DNA of 64,000 nt from Rebecca billardiae RCC1528 (taxonomy: Eukaryota > Protista > Haptophyta): positions 1,860,001 through 1,924,000 of the forward strand of contig OZ251222.1 in NCBI GenBank assembly GCA_965240325.2, read 5' to 3'. Positions 10,976 to 19,589 of this stretch are shown here, piece by piece (position 1 is the first letter of the stretch; the number at the start of each line of letters is the position of its first letter). The notes below the pieces were generated by a model. It saw nothing but the letters and a program-made list of their open reading frames with translations. It had not been told where the DNA came from and ran no database searches. A program made the position numbers and the translations under genes.

Positions 10976-13867
10976 ATGGCGCGAGTTGTGACCGTCGCTG
11001 GCTCGCACCGCATTGGCGGCGAGGACGGGCCGGGCGACGCGGCGAGCTTCAACTCGCCTCACGATCTACTCGTATTGCCGGATGGCTCTGTCCTCGTCGC
11101 GGACACCGGTGGCGACCGCGTGCGGCGCGTGTGGCGGCGCGCGGGCGAGACGGGCGAGCTGCCGCTGCCGGCGAGCGCCCAGGTCGAGACGGTGTCGTCG
11201 CGCGGCTGGCTGCGGCCGATGGGTATGGCACTCCTCGACGACGGGTCCGTCCTCGTCTGCGACCACGGCCACAACCGCGTGCGCAAGCTCTCAGCCGACT
11301 TTTCCACTGTGTCGACGTACGCGGGCAGCGGCTTGCGCGGCTCGAAGGACGGGCCCGCCGAGAGCGCGCAGTTCGACGGCCCGCGGGGCGTGTGCCGCTG
11401 GCGCGACGCGGTGATCGTCACGGACGGCAACGCCGTGCGCGCCGTCACGCGCGCCCCGTGGAATGCCGAGGAGCTCGTCGTCAGCACGATCGCAGGCGGC
11501 GCGTCTGAGGGGTACGTAGACGGCCCCGGCGAGAGCGCGCGCTTCCGCAGGCCGGGTGCGCTGCTGGAGTACAACGGCTCGGTGCTGTGCTGTGACACGG
11601 GCAACCACTGCGTGCGCCACCTCCTGCTCCACACGCCGCGGCCTTTCGACGCCTCGGCAGCGGCGGGCACGAGCACGCACGTCGAGCGGCCGAGTGGCGG
11701 CCCGCCCGAGTGCTCCGTTCTGACCCTCTGCGGCTCGCCACAGCCGGGCCGAGCGGACGGCGAGCTGCACCGGGCGCAGCTCGCGTCGCCCTCCGGACTC
11801 GCCGCGCCCGCTGGCATCGCCGAGCTCGCCCTCGCCGACGAGTCCGGGCCGGGAGGCCGCGACACGTCCGAGGCCGCGTCGGCGCGCCGCCGCGCTGAGC
11901 TGCTTATCGCTGATGCGGACAACAACGCTCTGCGCACGGTCAGCCTCTCGGCGGAGGCGGTGGGCACGGCGGCGGGCGCGCGCGACCGCAAGTGGGGCGC
12001 GCGCGACGGCCGCGCCGCCGACGCGCTCTTCAACCTGCCGCGCGGCCTCGCCCTCGGCGCGCACGGCACCGTCTTCATCGCAGACGCCGCGAACAATTGC
12101 CTGCGCGCGCTCGTGCCCGCGCGGCGGCACGGCTACTCGAGCAGCTCGCCGGCGGGCGGGCGCGGGGCGGGCGCGGCGGCGAGCCCGGCGCGCGGCAGCG
12201 CCGTCGCGGGCTCGCCCGCCACGCGCCGCGCGGCGAGCGCCGGCGCGGTGCGCTCGCCGCCGCGCGCGGCCGCGCGCAAGCCAGATACGTCTGCTCAGGC
12301 CTCTGCGCTCGCGCCGCCGCCGCTGCGAGCGATTGACCTCTCGCTGCCTGTCCTCGGCGGCGTGGCGGAGAAGGGCGGCACGGCGGGCGACGAGGGCGGC
12401 GAGGGCGCGGCGCGCGGGGGCGCGGCCGAGGGCGCGGCGCCGACGAGGCCGCCTCCCAAGCGCGACTCGCTTACCGCGGCCGTGGCGGCGCGGGTGGCCG
12501 CCACCGCGCGAACTCCTCCGTCGCGCGGAGGCGCGGGCGGCGCGCGCGGCGCCGCGCCGCGCCCCGGGAGCGCAGGCGCCGCGCGGCGGCGCTCGTCGCC
12601 TGCGTCTGGCGCGACGGCACCAGGCCGGCGGCAGAGCTCGACGGCGGCTGCTGGCGGCGGCGGTGCCCATAGCGGCGGTAGTGGCGGCGGCAGCGGCGGC
12701 GGCGGCGGCGGTGGCGGTCCTCGCAGCGGCGGTGGCGGCGGCGGCGGTGGCGGCAGTGGCGGCGGCGGCGGTGGCGGTGGTGGCGGTGGACGCAGCTCGA
12801 GTGCGGAGGCTCGACGCCGCTCTTCTCTCGCCGCGCTCCTGCGCACGGAGTCCCCGGAGAAGCTCGTCGCCGCGTCGGACGCCGAGCGCACCGCCGCCCT
12901 CGCCGAGCGAGAGCGGCTGATGGCCGAAGCGACGGCGGCTGAGTCGAGCGCGGAGCACGCGGAGGACGTTGGTGGGGTCAGGAGCCCTTCCCCTACGACG
13001 GTTGCGCTCAACGCGCTGCGCAAAGGGCTGCGCGCTCGCGCCGAGCCGCCGGTGCGCTCGAAGCCGGTCGGCTCGTCGGCGGACGCGGCGCCCTCGCCGC
13101 AGGGCAGCGCCAGTGCCCAGCGCCAGCAGCGCTCGCGCTCCCTGCCGTCCACGGCCGCGGGGCTGGGCGGCGGCGCGGGGACGGCGCGCTCTGGCAGCGG
13201 TGGCGGCGGCGCGGCGCGGCTGGGAGGCGCGCCCTCACCCCGCTCTGCGGCCAGGGAGACGCGCCCCGCCGAGCCCCGAGCGAGCCCGCCGCCGAGGCAC
13301 GTGGCTGGCCTCGCCGCGCAGCCGCCACCTGCCACACGCACCTTTGACATTCACCATTCGGCCGCAGCCCCTCTGGAGTTGGCGGGCGCTGCGTCACCGG
13401 GCGGCCGCCGGTCGCATGGCGGCGGCGGCGCAGCTGCAGCACACACGGCGGCGAGCGCGGACGAGATCCGCCCGCACTACCTCGGCGCCGCCAAGCAGCC
13501 GCCGCCGCCGCCACCGGGCGCGGCGGACGACGGCGCGCACGGCTCCGAGTGGGAGCGTGGCCCTGCCGGCGGCGCGGGCGGCGGCGCGCTCGGCGGAGCT
13601 CTGGGCGCGCGCCTTAGCCTGCTCGAGCGCATGGTGGTGGGGATGAGTGACGAGCAGGTGGCGATGGAGGAACGGCTCACGCTCACAGTCGCGCGGCTCG
13701 AGCAGAGGCTCGTGGCGCTGGAAGGCGTAGTCGGTGGCGCGCTCGGGCGTGGGCTGAGCTCCGCCGGCCCCGGCGCCGGCGGGCGCCTCGGGCGGCCCGG
13801 CGCCGCCGGTGCCTCTGGCTCGGCCTCGGCGCCGGCCTCGCCGGCGCGCAGCCTGCCTCTGCATTGA
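10976..13867 (+). CDS. NHL-repeat beta-propeller protein with long low-complexity Gly/Ala/Pro tail and C-terminal coiled coil
   Basis: Repeated DGPxxxAxFxxPxG...VADTGNHxVR motifs in the first ~380 aa, a poly-Gly tract, and heptad-like LEQRLVALE near the C-terminus. Confidence 0.85.
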   Translation: MARVVTVAGSHRIGGEDGPGDAASFNSPHDLLVLPDGSVLVADTGGDRVRRVWRRAGETGELPLPASAQVETVSSRGWLRPMGMALLDDGSVLVCDHGHNRVRKLSADFSTVSTYAGSGLRGSKDGPAESAQFDGPRGVCRWRDAVIVTDGNAVRAVTRAPWNAEELVVSTIAGGASEGYVDGPGESARFRRPGALLEYNGSVLCCDTGNHCVRHLLLHTPRPFDASAAAGTSTHVERPSGGPPECSVLTLCGSPQPGRADGELHRAQLASPSGLAAPAGIAELALADESGPGGRDTSEAASARRRAELLIADADNNALRTVSLSAEAVGTAAGARDRKWGARDGRAADALFNLPRGLALGAHGTVFIADAANNCLRALVPARRHGYSSSSPAGGRGAGAAASPARGSAVAGSPATRRAASAGAVRSPPRAAARKPDTSAQASALAPPPLRAIDLSLPVLGGVAEKGGTAGDEGGEGAARGGAAEGAAPTRPPPKRDSLTAAVAARVAATARTPPSRGGAGGARGAAPRPGSAGAARRRSSPASGATAPGRRQSSTAAAGGGGAHSGGSGGGSGGGGGGGGPRSGGGGGGGGGSGGGGGGGGGGGRSSSAEARRRSSLAALLRTESPEKLVAASDAERTAALAERERLMAEATAAESSAEHAEDVGGVRSPSPTTVALNALRKGLRARAEPPVRSKPVGSSADAAPSPQGSASAQRQQRSRSLPSTAAGLGGGAGTARSGSGGGGAARLGGAPSPRSAARETRPAEPRASPPPRHVAGLAAQPPPATRTFDIHHSAAAPLELAGAASPGGRRSHGGGGAAAAHTAASADEIRPHYLGAAKQPPPPPPGAADDGAHGSEWERGPAGGAGGGALGGALGARLSLLERMVVGMSDEQVAMEERLTLTVARLEQRLVALEGVVGGALGRGLSSAGPGAGGRLGRPGAAGASGSASAPASPARSLPLH

Positions 13868-14225
13868 TCGCCTGACTAAGTTTGGCCGGATCAGCTTGTC
13901 GTTACTCCAGCGGCCATCACTCTACAGGCGCCGATCCGCGATCGCGAGCCGCGTCATCGCCTCGGCATGAGACGCATGCTGTGGTATTTTTTCAATTTGC
14001 ATGCGCAGCATCAGCGGATTCAGCGCGATGAAAAAACGTCGGGGCTGGACGCTGGTCTCCATCGGTGGCAGCCAAGCCCTGCGACTTCGCCGGTGATCAA
14101 GACCGCCGTCGCCGTTCGTAAGGCGCCGGCGCCGGCGCACAGTCGCAACCACGGGGCAGCTCGCCTCGAGCTGCACCAGCACCACGGCTTCTCGTAGCTT
14201 TCAACCGCCACCTCGTCCCGGCCTC

Positions 14226-15101
14226 GTGCGCCTGCGCATCGTGTACTGCGACTGCGACCAACCGAGCGCGACACGTGTGCCGCCTTTCCAGCTCGAGCTG
14301 CCTGCGTCCACAGCGGTGAGCGAGCTCCAGGAGAAGGTCCTCGCGAAGCACTCGTCGGGCGCCGAAGGGCCTGAGCGCGTGCGTCTCTTTGCGCCCGCCG
14401 GGGACGATTTCGCTGGCCCCGTGCCCCCTCTCGTCTTCTGCTCGCGGCCGGCACAGACGCTCGAGGACTTGGGACTTGCGCACTCGGGCGCAGCGGCGGC
14501 GACGGTTTACTGGGCAAGCAACCTGATGAAGTTCCAGGATGACTACGCGCAGATCGTGCCAAAGTGCGATGAGCGCGTCGCGAAAGCGATCGCGCGCGAC
14601 GAGGCCGCTGTGAAGTCGCGCGCGGCGCAAGAGCGCGTCGACGCGCGCAACGCTTTCTGGGCACTCCAGGGCACTGCGTGGCCATTCAAGCCGGCGGGGG
14701 CGGCGCGGACGTACTACACGAGCCATGCCAACTCGTACGGCGAGGGCGAGCTGGGGGACTCGCACTCGCTGCAGCTGCTGCCCGCCGAAGGCGAGTTCCG
14801 CCTTCACCTCCACCGCTGGAGTGACACGGGTAGAAAATCGAGGCACTTTCACACTATGACCAAGGGGCCTTTCCGCCTAAGCGCAGAGGCCGCTGGCGGC
14901 GGGTACGAGCTGCACATGATGCCTGCCTTCCGCTTCGAGTCAGCGCACATCCCACCCCGCTGGGACGACCTTTCTGCCTTCACCCCTGTCGCACGCGACA
15001 AGGCGGACCCTCTGCCGACCGCACACATCGATGCCGACGGCAGCGCGGTGCACCACCAGGGCGAAACGCTCAAGCTGAGCGAGACTGCGCGCAGGGTGTG
15101 A
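14226..15101 (+). CDS. hypothetical protein, possibly with N-terminal ubiquitin-like fold; true start or first exon unresolved
   Basis: 291-aa ORF with globular composition. FQLELPASTAVSELQEKV..ERVRLF..QTLEDLGL resembles a beta-grasp UBL pattern. No in-frame ATG before the upstream stop at 14094. Confidence 0.6.
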   Translation: MRLRIVYCDCDQPSATRVPPFQLELPASTAVSELQEKVLAKHSSGAEGPERVRLFAPAGDDFAGPVPPLVFCSRPAQTLEDLGLAHSGAAAATVYWASNLMKFQDDYAQIVPKCDERVAKAIARDEAAVKSRAAQERVDARNAFWALQGTAWPFKPAGAARTYYTSHANSYGEGELGDSHSLQLLPAEGEFRLHLHRWSDTGRKSRHFHTMTKGPFRLSAEAAGGGYELHMMPAFRFESAHIPPRWDDLSAFTPVARDKADPLPTAHIDADGSAVHHQGETLKLSETARRV

Positions 15102-15229
15102 GAAGTGCTAGAATAGCAACCTTGGATGACTCAGGGAAATAGCTCTACGCCTCATCGCCATGGGGCATCGGCCGGACCGCGCGGGGGGAGCCACCGAAGC
15201 AGCGCTCAAGCCAATTCTAAGCCGCAAAC

Positions 15230-15486
<257 letters not shown>

Positions 15487-15512
15487 GCAGCAGCCCGCCG
15501 GCGGGCCGGGCT

Positions 15513-15768
15513 GCGACATCGACTACAACCTCATCTGCTTCATCGCCCAGAGCGCGCTAGGCGGCGCGCTCACTCTCCAAGCCCCTCCTCAGTCTTCTGC
15601 AGCTGCGCGCCGCTTGGCCGGCGCGCGGCAACGCGTACTACGACCTCATCCTCATCCAGGCGCGCACGCGGGCGCACGGGGGCGACAGCCGCGGCTGCCG
15701 CTTGCCGGAGCTGCTCGCCGCTAGGTCGGCGGGCGGCGACATCGACTACGACCTCACCCTCATCCAAG
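15513..15768. repeat. three degenerate ~110-bp tandem units
   Basis: Core gcgacatcgactacaacctcatc / gcgtactacgacctcatcctcatccag / gcgacatcgactacgacctcaccctcatccaag at about 15513, 15633 and 15736. Confidence 0.7.
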
Positions 15769-15815
15769 TGCTCCGGAAGGCGCTCGGCCGCGGCGGCATC
15801 TGCCGTCGCCGCCGC

Positions 15816-15988
15816 GTGCCCCAGGCCGAGGCGGTGCTCCATCAGACCATCCCGGCGCCGCTCCCATAGGCATAGGGGGGCAGGGCTGCGGGTGGCGCAC
15901 TGCCTGACCTGGTTGGAAGACGCGGACGCATTCTATGTGTCTGCTGCACTCTGAGCCTGACGCTTGCCCGTTGCATACCACGTCGTAA
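15816..15988 (+). repeat. dispersed repeat A, copy 2
   Basis: Aligns to 5845-6005. Its last ~35 bp occur in reverse complement at about 17658-17704 and 19374-19408. Confidence 0.9.
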
Positions 15989-16005
15989 TATATATATATA
16001 TATAT

Positions 16006-17657
16006 GACCGCGTTCCGCGGTCCTTTTCCGGAGAACGAACGTAGTTCAGGGCCCGCGGTGGCGGTGCACCCTCCATCGCAGTCGTCTATTGACAGACCCG
16101 GAGTTGCATGCCCGTACAACTAGACTCCAGCGGCGCGCCGCCGCCCGCCGCGCCCGGGGCGCGGGCCCATCGGCGCACTTCGCAGCCGCCGGCGCGGCGC
16201 CGATTGTGTACAGGCGGATGCGACGAGGCGTGATCGACGCATGAGCGCGACTCCACGTGCACGCCAGGCCACGCGAAGCTGACAGCCAGGGAGCACGGTG
16301 CGGGGCCGCGGATTCGTTCGGGCCGCTGCTGCTGACTGACCGCTGTCCCGCCGCGGGTCACCGCGCACCGCGGCAGCGCCAGGATAGTTAGGTGATTTGC
16401 ACTGGTCCGAGTAGGGTTCGACCAGCGCCTGCGCGACGGCCGACAGGCGGGCGCGAGGCGTGATCGACGCATGAGCGCAACTCGACGTGCACGCCAGGCC
16501 ACGCGGAGCTGACAGCCCGAGGGAGCACGGTGCCGAGGTCGGAGGTGCGACTGGGCACCAGTCACAGATCGTTCGCGCACGCCGCGCGTGCACGGGCTGA
16601 CACACCTCGATCAGGCTCGGCACGCGTTGCAGAGGCACAGCCAGCTCTGGGGACGTCACGCACCACTGTCGCCCGCGCAGCTCGTCCTCCTCGTAGAGTA
16701 CCGTTCATTCAGTTCCGAGGCGTAGCCCTCGCTCAGAGTCGACCGGTCGACGATGGACTCGGATCGTCGGCGCTCCCCGGAAAGGCATGGCAAGGGCGGC
16801 GCGTGGTGAAGTCGAAGACTCAGAGATCGATCAGTCCGGCATCAGGCGCCGCTGCCCCCGAGCTTGCGAGAGCCCGAATACAGGGCGGCTGCCGCGGCGC
16901 GGCCGGGGCGCCGCGGCGCCGACCGGCGCGCGGCCGCGCGCAGGCATCGACACGGGGCGGCGGGGGCGCGCGGAGTGAGCGGGGGCACGAACGCGATGTC
17001 GACGGCAGTCGGGACCCGCCGCAGCCGCGCGCTCCAGGCGCAACTCGCCGCGCGCACCTGCCCATCGCCGTCCTCACCCGTCGGTCGCTCGTCAGCTCGC
17101 CTCATCCTCTCGCGGTCTCGCCGCAGCCGTGGCGTAGAACTAACGCGGGCCCGCCGGCGCCCCGGCTCCCGCTCCGGTGTCAGATAGTATTGAGATTCGC
17201 CGAGGTTGGCCCATCGGCTACTGACCCTTGCCTCGTCGGCTCCTGATACAGACACGGCGCGATTGAATAGTTGATTCAACTGATTCAAGGGACGTACATG
17301 GTCACATCGGTTCGCGGCAATCTCTATCTAGATACGTCATCGCTCCTTGGACCTTGCTGCAATCTCATTGGCCGGAAAAATCGCTTGTAACGGTTCGTTA
17401 CGTTAGGGATCCTAAAGGGCGTGAAGTTTTTTGGACGCCGGGCGTCACTCCACGCTTTACTATGAACTTGCCGTGGGCGCGACCTTTTTCGGCCGTGATG
17501 CATGTTAGAGAGGGTCTCAAAATTCGAAACTCGGTCTCCTCCAGCCATGAAAATCGTCCCCCGTCCCTTTTTTCTTGATCAAAGATCTTTTTGAAACGTT
17601 GTTCGGGCCCGCTGGTGCGGGCTCCACGCTGCGCGCTCCGCCCTGCACCGCGGGCCA
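16006..17657 (-). mobile_element. non-autonomous Helentron (HINE/DINE-1-like) element, copy 1
   Basis: Asymmetric subterminal inverted repeats GGCCCGCGGTG (16050-16060) and CACCGCGGGCC (17646-17656), internal IR GGCCCGCTGGTGC (17606-17618), terminal hairpin GACCGCG-TTC-CGCGGTC (16006-16022) next to (TA)n, internal tandem repeats, and no RepHel ORF. Confidence 0.72.
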
Positions 17658-17758
17658 TTAACGACGTGGTATGCAACGGCCCGAACGAACGGGCAGGCGT
17701 CAGAGTCAGCAAGCTGTAGCAGCAGATCGAGCAGCAGTATATATATATATATATATAT

Positions 17759-19373
17759 GACCGCGTTCCGCGGTCCTTTTCCGTAGAACGAACGTAGTTC
17801 GGGGCCCGCGGTGGCGGTGCACCCTCCGTCGCAGTCGTCCCGTACACGTGTAACTAGACTCCATCCAGCGGCGCGCCGCCCCAGCGCCGCGCCGCCGCCG
17901 GCGTGCGCCGAGTGTGGATGTCGGTCGTCGGCCGAGCTGCCCTCATCACAGACGGCCCTTACCTGACCCCCTGCGCGTGCGCGACGGCCGACAGGCGGAT
18001 GCGACTCGGCGTGATCGACGCACGAGCGCGACTCTTGCACGCCAGGCCACCGGCGGAGCTGACTGACAGCCAGGGAGCCGGACGGCGCGGGACCGCGCGG
18101 ATTCGACCGTTCGTTCGGGCCTGCCGCTGACCGTCGTCGCCGCGACGCCAGCAGCGCAGGAGTAGATGATCTGCAGGTCAGTAGGGTTCGACCTGCGCGC
18201 CTGCGCGACGGCCGACAGGCGGGCGCGAGGCGTGAGCGACGCATGAGCGCGACTCTACGTGCACACCAGGCACCACGCGGCCGAGCTGACTGACCGCGAG
18301 CCAGGGAGCACGGTGCGAGCAGCCATGCAGCACCGGTGCTTGCGCGCGCCGCGCGTGCACGGGGTGACACACCTCGGTCAGGCTCGGCACGCGTCGCAGA
18401 GGCACGGCCAGCTCTGGGCACGCCAGGCGCCCAGGCCACGCGGAGCTGACAGCCACGGGGAGCCGACGGCGCGCGGGGCCGCGGCCAGTTCCGAGTTCGA
18501 CTTGCGCCTGCTCTGAAGAAGAGTTCTGGGAGACCCTGGCGGAGAGGCATGGCAAGGGGGGCGTGTGGTGAAGTCGGAGACTCCGAGATCGATCAGTCCG
18601 GCATCATGCGCCGCTGCCCCCGAGCTTGCGAGAGCCCGAACACAGGGCGGCGGCTGCGGCGGCGGCGGCGCGGCCGCGCGCCGGCCGGCCGCGCAGGCAT
18701 CGACAGGGCGCGGCAGGGGCGTGCGGAGTGACTAGTGAGCGGGCACGAACGCGATGTCGACGGCCGTCGGGACCCGCCGCAGACGCGCGCTCCAGGCGCC
18801 ACTCGGCACTTGCCACGCGCACCTGCCCATCGAGCGCCCCCTTGCGGACCAACCAAGAGTCGTCGAGGCTCGCTCGCCACCCCAGCAGAAGAAACCTGCA
18901 CAGCACGTCGTCCTTGCGACGACGGCAGGTTTTGAGCTCGCCAGCTCGGTAAGTCAGTGACTATGGAATGGGCTGGCAACGAATAGCTGCGCGGGTATTT
19001 TCAATAAGGCTTGCGGGTTTTAGACTCTAGATACCAACCGCCGCGAAGCCAAGTTCATATTCATCAAGGCGGAGGCAAACTATCACACATGAACGAGAGT
19101 CTACCCACAAAATCGCGCTCGTAACGAACCGTTACGTTAATGTCACGTCCAGCTGACGTCCAGATCGCACTTTACTTAAGGGAATGAGCTGGACGCGCTT
19201 ATTTTCGGCCTAATAGACCTCTCTATGCGATCTCAAAAACTCGAAACTCGGTCTCCGCCAGCCCTAAAAATCGCCCCCGTCCCTTTTTTCTTGATCAAAG
19301 ATCTTTTTGAAACGTGGTTCGGGCCCGCTGGTGCGGGCTCCACGCTGCGCGCTCCGCCCTGCACCGCGGGCCA
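17759..19373 (-). mobile_element. non-autonomous Helentron (HINE/DINE-1-like) element, copy 2
   Basis: Same architecture as copy 1: hairpin 17759-17775, subTIR 17803-17813, partner subTIR 19362-19372, internal IR about 19322-19334. Largely colinear with 16006-17657. Confidence 0.72.
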
Positions 19374-19589
19374 TTAACGACGTGGTATGCAACGGGCAGG
19401 CGTCAGAGTCAGCAAGCTGTAGCAGCAGTCGTTATTTCAGGTTTATGGGGTACTGTACGTACGTAGTCGTAGCATTAGTATTTCTTTTTTTTCTTGACGG
19501 ACGATCTGCCTCGACAAAAGATGATGGTGATGGCGGCGGCGTGAGTCGGGTCGCCGTTGTGTACCTTGCTCACACTCTTTTGTGCTCGC

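Noticed and set aside
12655-12790. (GGC)n tract
   Set aside because: Ordinary poly-Gly coding low complexity within the NHL protein.
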